Assembly (NCBI GenBank): GCA_002269645.1
Contig: NIVC01000514.1
Coordinates: 434,001 to 498,000, forward strand
Direction: 5' to 3'
Origin: Macrostomum lignano
Taxonomy: Eukaryota
Length of the DNA stretch: 64,000 nucleotides
Shown here: positions 36,101-47,600 of the stretch, piece by piece
Layout of the letters: every line of letters begins with the position of its first letter
Numbering within the stretch: the first letter of the stretch is position 1
Notes under the pieces: generated by a model
Told to the model about the DNA's origin: nothing
Database searches by the model: none
Seen by the model: only the letters and a program-made list of their open reading frames with translations
Program-made: the position numbers and the translations under genes

Positions 36101-39100
36101 GGAGGTCCGTGGCGTTGCAGTTTCTCTGTACGCTCGGCCCGCTGAGGCAGAAGCGGGACTGGGAGGCCAGCGGACAGGCGAAGGTGGGCTGCATGTTGGG
36201 CTGCTGCTGACTGAGGAGCTCGCTGACTGCGGTGAGGAGTTCGGCCTTTGGAGAGCAGGGCTTGCGGCTGAGACTGAAATCATCTTAAAGACTTTTGAGG
36301 AATGAGATTCAGAGTGTGAGGCATGAGAATCAGAGAGTGTGTGAGGCATGAGCATCAGAGAGTGTGAGGCATGAGAATCAGAGAGTGTGAGGCATGAGAA
36401 TCAGAGAGTGTGAGGCATGAGCATCAGAGAGTGTGAGGCATGAGAATCAGAGAGTGTGAGGCATGAGAATCAGAGAGTGTGAGGCATGAGCATCAGAGAG
36501 TGTGAGGCATGAGAATCAGAGAGTGTGAGGCATGAGCATCAGAGAGTGTGAGGCATGAGAATCAGAGAGTGTGAGGCATGAGAATCAGAGAGTGTGAGGC
36601 ATGAGCATCAGAGAGTGTGAGGCATGAGAATCAGAGAGTGTGAGGCATGAGAATCAGAGAGTGTGAGGCATGAGAATCAGAGAGTGTGAGGCATGAGAAT
36701 CAGAGAGTGTGAGGCATGAGAATCAGAGAGTGTGGGGCATAAGAATCAGAGAGTGTGGGGCATAAGAATCAGAGAGTGTGAGGCATGAGAATCAGAGAGT
36801 GTGAGGCATGAGAATCAGAGAGTGTGAGGCATGAGAATCAGAGAGTGTGAGGCATGAGAATTAGAGAGTGTGAGGCATGAGAATCAGAGAGTGTGAAGCA
36901 TGAGAATCAGAGAGTGTGAGTCATGAGAATCAGAGAGTGTGAGGCATGAGAATCAGAAGCAGTTAAACATGAGAATCCGAGTTACAGATAGACATGTATG
37001 AGAATCGGAGAGTGAGACATGAGAACATCTGTGTAACAGATGAGACTGTGGGGCAGCGACTGAGATGTGAGCCAGTAAGGTGGTGCAAAAAACAATTATA
37101 AAATACCGAATTTCGGCTAAAACAGCATCAAAGATGACTCACACACTTCAGATGCCGAATGCTGATCCTCAAAGTGAGCTCCCGCGGGCAAATTCTCAGT
37201 GCAGCTGCTGTGTTTGACAAGCGGTAGCCATGGGGGCGGGGGTCCCAATATGAAAGACGAAGGGGCAGTCAGGCACTGCAGCTATTGGTCTATGGCCCGG
37301 CCTGGCAGCCATGCAGATCAGAGGCTTTCCTCCATTATATAATATAGTAGAGAAAGGCAGCCGAGTGCAGACGGTATGAAATCAACCCAGTGCCAGGGAC
37401 TACTAAATACTACGAGCGTATGTAGTATTTAGTAGTCCCTGATCACTGCCTTCGCCGGGAAAATCACAGAGGAAAATGCTAATATATTTTGAACGGGAGC
37501 CTTGAAATCGAACCGGCAGCAAATCGAATTTGGTTACGGTTTAGGTTAGGATTTAGGTTAGGGTTTTCGGTTAGGACTTTGGTTTGGTTTTTTGGTCACT
37601 TAGGTTTGGGTTTTAGGTTAGAATTTAGGTTAGGTTTTTAGGTTAGACTTAGGTATGGATTTTAGGAAAGCATTTAGGTTAGGTTAGGATAAACGGTTAG
37701 GATTTAGGTTAGGGTTTTCGGTTAGGATATATGTTAGGGTTTAGGTTAGGACTTAGGTTAGGGTTTTTGGTTAGGATTTAGGTTAGGGTTTTTGGTTAGG
37801 ATATATGTTAGGGTTTAGGTTAGGACTTAGGTTAGGGTTTTTGGTTAGGATTTAGGTTAGGGTTTAAGGTTAGGAATTTTTAGCGTATGGATTTAGGTTT
37901 GGGTTTAAGGTTTGGATTTAGGGTAGGGTTTGAGTTGACAGTCAATGTGTGGCAGTCAAATGTCGCGGACCTGTCAACTGAGACGAGAACACTCGCTATC
38001 AAAAAGTGCATCTGACAGAATTCTGTAACCCTGCTGTCAGCTCATATAGAAATTTGCATTTTACCTAAATTAAAGCTGATAGATGTGCAACTATGGACAG
38101 CTGAAGTGGAAGGATGCACTCTTGATTTTCTTCGAAAACTTCGAAAACTCAAGCTGTACATTCAAAGCGGCCTACTAGAATTCTGCCAATATTTGCAAGT
38201 GTAACGTCCTGTGTTGTTAAGTAGTCCTTGGCCTGGAACACGCGTGAGTTCACAGGCGAAGTCCTGGCAATGACCAGCTGACAGCCAGTGAAGCTCGTCA
38301 CGGGTCGCTTTTGAGCGCGCATGCAGAGGCCGGCACCCGATTGACATGCCGGCAAACAACTGGAAACAGAAGATCCAAGCCATTGCTCTGCAGGCCATGC
38401 AGCCGCAGCAGGCGCTCTGAGCACTGGGATGGCATTTTGTATTTAAAGTCGTCCTTTAGTGCCCCCGTTCAGTCTTACAAATAAATGAGCAGTGTTGGGG
38501 ATTACTTCATTGGTAAACTAAATACATGTATGAGCATTTTGGTAGGCAGGTAAGCTAAGTGGGTGACTGCAAGCCCTACTGTCTGTAAAACTCAGCATTG
38601 CACGGACTGAGCTGCAGTTTGTTCAAGATGGGCGAGAAAGCTTCAGTCTTTCGAGGGCTTCAGCAAGCCCTGCAGGCAGCAGTCTCTACATCATGTGCGT
38701 ATCACCGTCTGAGCCGTCAGCAGAGGCGGCGCCAGCGTTCTCGGAGCCGCTGCTGCTGCCCACGCGGTCAGAGAAAGAGATGCCGTCGTCAGAATAGTCG
38801 TCATCGTGATGGTTGTTCAGCTGGTAGCCGTTGTCGCCAGCCGGAGGAAAATCGTGTCCGAGCTTTCGGCCAGCGGCTGAAGAGCCCGGCGTTGCGCGCC
38901 TCGCATCGAACGGACCGCTGCGAAGTCGCTGCGGCTGCTGCCTCGCCGGGAAGCCTCCGGTGGGTGCGCCGCCGGCAAACTGCAGACTGAACTCTGCGTC
39001 CTCCGCCTCTACAGAGTTGCCGCCGCGGTCCTGCTGCACGCTGGGGCGCACAACCAGCGAGCCGTTCTCGGCGATCCAGGAATCGAGCTGCAGGACGAGT

Positions 39101-39341
39101 CGCAGCTCGCTCGGCTCGGTGACGACACGTCGCCCGCTGCCGGCCAGGTTGCTGGCGTTGGTGGCCACCGGCTGCGGCTCAAGCGAGCGCTGAAGCATTT
39201 GAAGCTTTTCCCGCTTTTGCTGCGGCGGCTGCTGCTGTTGCTGTTGTTCCTGCTGCTGCTGCGGCGGCTGCTGAAGCTGCTGGCAGTTCTTCATGTACAT
39301 TGCAATCTGGTTGAAGAGCTGCTGCACTTCCTGCTGCTGCA

Positions 39342-39386
<45 letters not shown>

Positions 39387-39594
39387 GCTTGTGGTGTCTT
39401 TCCGCTTTTTGTGTTTTCCTCTTTCGCTGCTGCTGCTGCCCGCCAGCCTTGCCGCTGGCTGCTCCCGCTGTCACCGCAGGTGCGGGGCTGGGCTCTTGCT
39501 CTTTTATCTTGTTAATGACCTTCTCGAACTGCGCTGCCAGCTGAGCAGCCGTTTGAAAGAGTTGCTGCTCCGTGCTGTCGCCGCTTTCTGCCAT
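33175..39594 (-). CDS. Hypothetical multi-exon protein (Gln-rich N-terminus, no recognised domain)
   Basis: Exons 39594-38706, 36283-36069, 35587-35473, 34919-34753, 34654-34344 and 33394-(33175) all have canonical GT/AG and consistent phases (1,0,1,0,2), giving one open frame of ~640 aa. The 3' end is uncertain. Confidence 0.6.
34025..34276. repeat. 72-bp minisatellite x~3.5 (intronic)
   Basis: gccagcagttggg recurs at 34101, 34173 and 34245. Confidence 0.88.
35755..36041. repeat. 27-bp minisatellite (ccaaccccaatctccaaagccgctacc), preceded by a purine-rich tract at ~35595-35740
   Basis: Direct; intronic. Confidence 0.92.
36310..36957. repeat. 23-bp minisatellite (gagaatcagagagtgtgaggcat)
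   Basis: Direct; intronic. Confidence 0.95.
37394..37441. other. Perfect 20-bp hairpin with 8-nt loop
   Basis: cagggactactaaatactac-gagcgtat-gtagtatttagtagtccctg. Confidence 0.85.
37535..37930. repeat. TTAGG/TTAGGG-like degenerate interstitial array
   Basis: Runs of ttaggttagggttt(t)ggttaggatttagg. Confidence 0.85.
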
Positions 39595-40499
39595 CGTTCT
39601 GCTTGACTACTAGAATAGAATCAGCCTGCTTTCTGTGCGCATTTCTAAAGGCTTTTTTCTGCTTTTGGTTCGGCAGCGCCTCGTGACCCTGTTTGGCGCT
39701 TTTAGGCCATAGACGCGCGTGTTGATGACTCAACTTTCGACATTCGAGCTATAAAGGTGCAATGATTGATCGCTCGAGTGCCATGTAGAGGATTTGTAAG
39801 AAGATTTAGCCAGTCCTTCAGTTTTCAATAGGTGCATGGTGTTCGGATGCTAAACGCTCTAGGAGATTACCAAGATGAGTCGACAGACACTCAAAGTCTC
39901 TCCGTTCGAAACACATGGTATCAGTAAACTTTTTCCTAGCTGCTACCGGTTAAAAGTACTTACTGATGAAGTCCCGGTTCTGTGAGATCAGTTCCCTGTT
40001 CTCATCAGTATAGCAAGAATAAAGTTTCTTCACGCAGAAACTTAAAACTTTTCTGTCACACAAACGTCACCAGCGTCTTTTAACACCACGGCAAATATAT
40101 ACATATGTTTGTAGAAAATACATTGTATATTACTTAATGTATAAAGAACAGCGGGTACTAAGTCCAGAGTAGGGTCGATTCAGTCCGGTAGAGATTCAAA
40201 CGTACAGAAAGAAAGAGAGGAACGTAGAAAGGAAGATAGAAGCTAGGCACTGTGTGAGACGGAACGCGTTGGCAAAACAAAATTCTGTTTCTGTTAGGAT
40301 TGGTTTTCTTAGTATTTTATTACTGCACAGAATCCACACAGAAGGCTGACGGATTGGCTCGAACAGAAGGTTGAAGCGTTGAAGCTACGAGCAGTTCAAG
40401 AATGCAGAACTCCGTCGCGACTCCAGCTGGCAATGCCACAGCATCCGAGCGAGCCGCACTGCTCACAGCCGGTGCAGGAGGCGCTGCTGCTGACGCTGT

Positions 40500-42697
40500 G
40501 TGTGTGTGTGCTGCTCAACTCATGCGCTTCCATCTTTCTTTGATCCAGTTCCAGAACCTGTAGGCGGCGTCTGGTTGGTTCCACAGATCGCACAGGCCGG
40601 TGATGTTGTACTCCTGCCTCCTTTTCCACGTAGCCGGGCAATCCATTAAGTGCGAGTTGGATTCTTCGCCATCTCCACATAGCCTGCAGCTGTCACTGTC
40701 CTGGTTGCCAAGTCTCTTGCGGAACTGGTTCAGTTCGAGAGAGTGTCCGGTACGGAAGCGTCTGAAGCTCACTGCTTCGCTGCGGTCTGCATAGTCCTTC
40801 TTCCAGTTGCTTTTGGGGCCTTTGCTGTAGGTCTCTTTGCTGCGTTGGTGGCTCCATTCCTTCGCTCTGGTCAGGTCTCGGTAGATGGATCTCTTAACCG
40901 GGTTGGCAAGCACACCGGCTCCTCCAGCTGGTCTGCCGGCTGCGGCCTTGGCCGTGGTGTCGGCCTCTTCGTTCCCGCTGAGGCCACAGTGGGCCGGGAC
41001 CCAGCAAATGATGAGCCGGCCGTTGGTCTCACTGGCTGCCTGCAAGTTGTTGGTGATTCTGTTGGCTATCGGATTACTTCTTCTGCTGTGGAGGAGCTGG
41101 AGGCTGCTGAGGCTGTCCGTGGCAATGCAAATGCTTTTTCCCCGGCCATGGTGACGGATCCAATCAGTGGCTGCTTGCAGTGCGTGCAGCTCGGCCTGGA
41201 GTGAGCTGCAGGGCTTGCCAGCGTCGACCTCAATACGGGTTTGTGTGTCCCAGCCGTCGATCCCTTTGGCTGTCACAACGACTCCGCCACCACCTTTACC
41301 GTCACTGCTGACTGATCCGTCCGTGTAGAGGATGAGGTCTGCGTCGGCTGCGCAGCTTTGGATGATGTTCTCGGCCAGGTTCCTGTTGTCAGCTTCGCAA
41401 AGCTTGCGCCGGCCTTCCGTGTGAATCGTGAATTTCCTTTCCTCCCATGGGGCCAGCGTGGCAGGTTGTTCATCCTTCTCCACTGTGATGTTGAGCAGAC
41501 CATGGTCATCAAGCAACTCTTTAGCTCGGGCTCTCCAGCCTTTTCTTTTAAGCCTCTGCTTTGGCCCTTCGCCAACCAGCTCTCTTCTGATGCTACCGGG
41601 GGCTGTCGTCTGAGGCGGTCGAATTTCTCGGCCCATCTGGCCTTGCTGCACACTTTGAGGGGCTCAAGGCCGCTTTCCATACTGAGCGCTTCAACCGGGG
41701 TAGTAGCCATGAGTCCAGTCATGATCCTTTCAGCTGAGCGCTGTATCACTTCGAGCTTGTGCCAGCTGCTTTCGCTGATCCAAGGCATCCATGCTGGAGC
41801 GCCGTACAGGATCTTGCTCTTAATAAGAGCTTCGTACGTGATCTTAATTAGCTCCAGGCTCCAGCCCCAGTCACTGCCAGCCAGTTTCCTTAATATTTTA
41901 ACTTTTTTAAGGCATGCCTCTTTGATGTTGTTAACGTGCGTCTCGAACTTCAGCGTTCTGTCGAAGGTGAGCCCCAGGAACTTCGCGGTTGGGGCCCAGC
42001 TGATAGTGCTGCCGTACATCGTGAAGGTGGTGTCTTCTAGGCTGGTTCTAGTGCTAGTCGTGGACAGAAGCGTGAGGGAACACTTGCTTACTGCAATCGG
42101 CATAAGCCAGTTATTGCTCCAAGTCTCCGTGAGCTGGATGGCTTTATCCATACTCGCACGCATCTGGTCTTGCCTGCCAGAGGTCCAGATGGCGAGGTCA
42201 TCAGCGAAGCCGCTAACTTTGACCCCCTCGACCGCGCTGAGACCTTCTAGGAGGTCGTCAATGTAGACCAGGAACAGCAGCGGCGACAGGACGGAGCCTT
42301 GCGGCAGGCCTTGCTCGAGCACTTTAAGCTTGCTGTCCTTGCCATTGAAGTTGACTTTAGCTAATCTGTGACTCAGCCACGCTTGTATCCATCTGATCGA
42401 GAGCCTGCCCACTCCTTTGTTGATCAGTTTCCAGATGAGGCCGGTGCGGAGCACTTTGTCGAACGCTCGCTCGAAATCCACCAGCAGCAAAAGCGTACAG
42501 ATTTTCTTCTGAAAGCCGTCATCGGCGTCCTGCGCGAGCCTGAGCAGTTTGTCCTCCGTGGATCTGCCAGCCCTAAACCCAGCCTGGCAGTCGCTAAGGA
42601 GCCCTTTGCTCTCGAGGTGGTAACTAATTCTGTTGGTGATAACTCTTTCAAGCCATTTGCCTAGGCAGGATGTGAGGCTGATTGGCCTGTATGAGGG
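40500..42697 (-). mobile_element. 5'-truncated non-LTR retrotransposon (RT + RNase H + C-terminal Cys/His knuckle; I/Jockey-group-like)
   Basis: RT motifs SYRPISLTSCLGKWLERVI, QAGFR, DFERAFD, GLPQGSVLSPLLF, GFADD, AKFLGLTFD. RNase H motifs LILYTDGS, SSLQAEL, IATDSLS, CWVPAHCGLSGNEEADTTAK; then CRLCGDGEESNSHLMDC. A (CA)n tail follows the stop. A 12-bp TSD tgctgacgctgt lies at 40488-40499 and 42698-42709. Confidence 0.93.
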
Positions 42698-43611
42698 TGC
42701 TGACGCTGTAGTCTCCCTACCGACAAGGAAAGGCGCTTTGTTGCTGACCAGTTTTGTCAGTGGTGTCCGCACAAAAGCCCTTCGTCGCACACGGTGATGC
42801 TGTTCTCAAGCTATTTAAGACCTAAAAAACAGAGCATTTTCACCGTAAATTTCTCCACTTCGGTAAACCATGCAATAAAAATGGAAGCCGACAGCAGATG
42901 GGTGTGCATGCAAATAGACGCTTTTCAAAACTGCCTTTAACAAAAAGGCAGTCAGCCTTCATTCCTCCAACAGTTGTCATAATTCAGGCGACTGGCAACT
43001 GTGGCCCAGTTGTGCGATCCGATAAAGAAACCGGCTCGATCGGCCGCCGCTGCCATTTAAGAGCCCTAAGTTAAAATGGAATCCTCATTTTCCCATTCAT
43101 CCCTTCTGTAGAAGCTGTTTGGAGGAGGATCAATAAGGGTTTTCTCTTCTTTTTTAGGGTCTAAGCAGCATGCTTTAGCGTTGTTTTTGTTGTTTGTTGT
43201 CTTTTCGCTTAATATTACAACCTCTTTGATGGTTGAATGATGTTTTCAATACACAAACATGCTGGTAAGTATCTGTAGAGCCTATTGTTTTTCAGTTTAT
43301 TCACGATGAGCGTCAAGTTATATTTTTTAAATCGTAATATTTTTTAAATAAAATTTCACAAAATAAATTCCTCTGAAAGTTACACATGTTAAAAATTAAA
43401 TTCTTTCCTTACAATCATTCAACATTACGCGGTAAGTTGGTTCAGTTATAACACTTCACAACAGAGAACATAAACAAAATGAGTAAAAAAGCATCCAGGC
43501 TGTAAGCATATCCCGGGTGCCAAAAAAATCTTGAGGCTCATGTCGACTTGTTAAGGCTTTATTAAGTATTGAAGTATTGAACCTGTGGAGTACATCCCGC
43601 AAATAGCCAGT

Positions 43612-44356
43612 TACGAGGCCAAAAAGTAGCGAGAATTGCTGTTTAACTCTGGAAATTCGAGCTTTTACTAAAATTAATCGATGTCTCTTGCAGCTCAGCT
43701 TCTCAGCTTTTATAGGAAGCAGTATTGTGTCGAAGCGTTTTGGTTTTAATGATTTTTTAATTATTTTTCTAAATAGCTGTCATATGTCACAAATTGAACA
43801 ATGAGCAACTAATCAACATCAAGTTTTTGATGAAACTCGGCAAGAAGCTATGGGAATGCCTCCAGCTGCTTCACGAGGTGTATAGAGATGATGCTAAGTC
43901 TCAGGCAAGGGTGCATGAGTGGCACAAGCGATTCCGGGATGGATAGGAGAGTGTCAAAGATGGGGCCAAAGTTCCTCACTGACGATCAAAAACTGCAATT
44001 GAACATCGAGACATTGAGACAGCTTTTGGCCAAAAGATAGGTCACAGAGTTGAGCCACCCACCTTATTCACCAGATATAGCGCTGTGTGATTCCTGGCTC
44101 TTTAACAAGGGGAAGCAGGTCCTCAAAGGATCCAGATTTCAAAACTAGGATGCCATCAAGGAGAGTGTGACAAGGGTGCTGAGGGGCGTCATGAAGGAGG
44201 GCTTCCAGGGCTGGATCAGGAGCTGGCACCAGCGATTGAGGCGATGGGTTGAAAGTGGCCGCAATTAATTTGAAGGCTGCAGTTGACTGAATTTGCATAA
44301 TTTGTTCTGAAATTTTTTCTAGCTAAATTCTCGTTCCATTTTGGCCGGACCTCATG
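43612..44356 (+). mobile_element. Internally deleted, degenerate mariner (Tc1/mariner) element
   Basis: N-terminal HTH-like EQLINIKFLMKLGK...LHEVYRDD...RVHEWHKRFRDG and C-terminal HHPYSPDIALCDSWLF...LKGSRF...WHQRLRRWVE...FEG, with stops and a missing DDD core. Degenerate TIRs: tacgagg..ccaaaaagtagcgagaatt and aattctcgttccattttggccggacctcat. Confidence 0.85.
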
Positions 44357-44663
44357 CATGTCAGATTGACCGTAAATCTCTTCATAAGTAACTAGCACAT
44401 GACTTATCTATTTCACAGAAACCCCGACTACAAGCTTGTTAACTTCCAAAAAACTCCACCTACGATTAAAACACAATTTTTAAAAACAATGCAATTGCTT
44501 ACTTAATACCCCAGGTAAAAACATAATAGAAGTCTTAAAAAACACTAATAAACGTATTGTACCGAAAAAAACCCAAATCCATCACCGAAATAACTTGACA
44601 AACGGGTCTAGGACAGTTCACCGAAATACATTGAACGACCTTATAATCAATGGAAAAAGGGCC

Positions 44664-47600
44664 TCAACGAGATTCGCCGAAGTAGCCGTCATTACTTGAC
44701 TCGGCCTGTCGTTTCTCGTCCGACTGCGCGAGCTCGACACTGGCGCCAGCTTGTCCAAGACCGAGCTTGGCGCTAGATTCTTGCTTACTCGAGCGCTCTT
44801 TGCTGTCGCCGTCTTTAGTTGACTCGGCCTGTCGCTTCTCGTCCGACTGCGCGAGCTCGACACTGGCGCCAGCTTGTCCAAGACCGAGCTTGGCGCTAGA
44901 TTCTTGCTTACTCGAGCGCTCTTTGCTGTCGCCGTCTTTAGTTGACTCGGCCTGTCGCTTCTCGTCCGACTGCGCGAGCTCGACACTGGCGCCAGCTTGT
45001 CCAAGACCGAGCTTGGCGCTAGATTCTTGCTTACTCGAGTGCTCTTTGCTGTCGCCGTCTTTAGTTGACTCGGCCTGTCGCTTCTCGTCCGACTGCGCGA
45101 GCTCGACACTGGCGCCAGCTTGTCCAAGACCGAGCTTGGCGCTAGATTCTTGCTTACTCGAGCGCTCTTTGCTGTCGCCGTCTTTAGTGACTCGGCTGTC
45201 GCTTCTCGTCCGACTGCGCGAGCTCGACACTGGCGCCAGCTTGTCCAAGACCGAGCTTGGCGCTAGATTCTTGCTTACTCGAGCGCTCTTTGCTGTCGCC
45301 GTCTTTAGTTGACTCGGCCTGTCGCTTCTCGTCCGACTGCGCGAGCTCGACACTGGCGCCAGCTTGTCCAAGACCGAGCTTGGCGCTAGATTCTTGCTTA
45401 CTCGAGCGCTCTTTGCTGTCGCCGTCTTTAGTTGACTCGGCCTGTCGCTTCTCGTCCGACTGCGCGAGCTCGACACTGGCGCCAGCTTGTCCAAGACCGA
45501 GCTTGGCGCTAGATTCTTGCTTACTCGAGCGCTCTTTGCTGTCGCCGTCTTTAGTTGACTCGGCCTGTCGCTTCTCGTCCGACTGCGCGAGCTCGACACT
45601 GGCGCCAGCTTGTCCAAGACCGAGCTTGGCGCTAGATTCTTGCTTACTCGAGCGCTCTTTGCTGTCGCCGTCTTTAGTTGACTCGGCCTGTCGCTTCTCG
45701 TCCGACTGCGCGAGCTCGACACTGGCGCCAGCTTGTCCAAGACCGAGCTTGGCGCTAGATTCTTGCTTACTCGAGCGCTCTTTGCTGTCGCCGTCTTTAG
45801 TTGACTCGGCCTGTCGCTTCTCGTCCGACTGCGCGAGCTCGACACTGGCGCCAGCTTGTCCAAGACCGAGCTTGGCGCTAGATTCTTGCTTACTCGAGCG
45901 CTCTTTGCTGTCGCCGTCTTTAGTTGACTCGGCCTGTCGCTTCTCGTCCGACTGCGCGAGCTCGACACTGGCGCCAGCTTGTCCAAGACCGAGCTTGGCG
46001 CTAGATTCTTGCTTACTCGAGCGCTCTTTGCTGTCGCCGTCTTTAGTTGACTCGGCCTGTCGCTTCTCGTCCGACTGCGCGAGCTCGACACTGGCGCCAG
46101 CTTTCCAAGACCGAGCTTGGCGCTAGATTCTTGCTTACTCGAGCGCTCTTTGCTGTCGCCGTCTTTAGTTGACTCGGCCTGTCGCTTCTCGTCCGACTGC
46201 GCGAGCTCGACACTGGCGCCAGCTTGTCCAAGACCGAGCTTGGCGCTAGATTCTTGCTTACTCGAGCGCTCTCTGCGGTCGCCGTCTTTAGTTGACTCGG
46301 CCTGTCGCTTCTCGTCCGACTGCGCGAGCTCGACACTGGCGCCAGCTTGTCCAAGACCGAGCTTGGCGCTAGATTCTTGCTTACTCGAGCGCTCTCTGCG
46401 GTCGCCGTCTTTAGTTGACTCGGCCTGTCGCTTCTCGTCCGACTGCGCGAGCTCGACACTGGCGCCAGCTTGTCCAAGACCGAGCTTGGCGCTAGATTCT
46501 TGCTTACTCGAGCGCTCTTTGCGTCGCCGTCTTTAGTTGACTCGGCCTGTCGCTTCTCGTCCGACTGCGCGAGCTCGACACTGGCGCCAGCTTGTCCAAG
46601 ACCGAGCTTGGCGCTAGATTCTTGCTTACTCGAGCGCTCTTTGCTGTCGCCGTCTTTAGTTGACTCGGCCTGTCGCTTCTCGTCCGACTGCGCGAGCTCG
46701 ACACTGGCGCCAGCTTGTCCAAGACCGAGCTTGGCGCTAGATTCTTGCTTACTCGAGCGCTCTTTGCTGTCGCCGTCTTTAGTTGACTCGGCCTGTCGCT
46801 TCTCGTCCGACTGCGCGAGCTCGACACTGGCGCCAGCTTTCCAAGACCGAGCTTGGCGCTAGATTCTTGCTTACTCGAGCGCTCTTTGCTGTCGCCGTCT
46901 TTAGTTGACTCGGCCTGTCGCTTCTCGTCCGACTGCGCGAGCTCGACACTGGCGCCAGCTTTCCAAGACCGAGCTTGGCGCTAGATTCTTGCTTACTCGA
47001 GCGCTCTTTGCTGTCGCCGTCTTTAGTTGACTCGGCCTGTCGCTTCTCGTCCGACTGCGCGAGCTCGACACTGGCGCCAGCTTTCCAAGACCGAGCTTGG
47101 CGCTAGATTCTTGCTTACTCGAGCGCTCTTTGCTGTCGCCGTCTTTAGTTGACTCGGCCTGTCGCTTCTCGTCCGACTGCGCGAGCTCGACACTGGCGCC
47201 AGCTTGTCCAAGACCGAGCTTGGCGCTAGATTCTTGCTTACTCGAGCGCTCTTTGCTGTCGCCGTCTTTAGTTGACTCGGCCTGTCGCTTCTCGTCCGAC
47301 TGCGCGAGCTCGACACTGGCGCCAGCTTGTCCAAGACCGAGCTTGGCGCTAGATTCTTGCTTACTCGAGCGCTCTTTGCTGTCGCCGTCTTTAGTTGACT
47401 CGGCCTGTCGCTTCTCGTCCGACTGCGCGAGCTCGACACTGGCGCCAGCTTGTCCAAGACCGAGCTTGGCGCTAGATTCTTGCTTACTCGAGCGCTCTTT
47501 GCTGTCGCCGTCTTTAGTTGACTCGGCCTGTCGCTTCTCGTCCGACTGCGCGAGCTCGACACTGGCGCCAGCTTTCCAAGACCGAGCTTGGCGCTAGATT

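Noticed and set aside
38149-38424. Short minus-strand ORFs in intron 1 of the orphan gene
   Set aside because: No recognisable motifs and no supported splice context.
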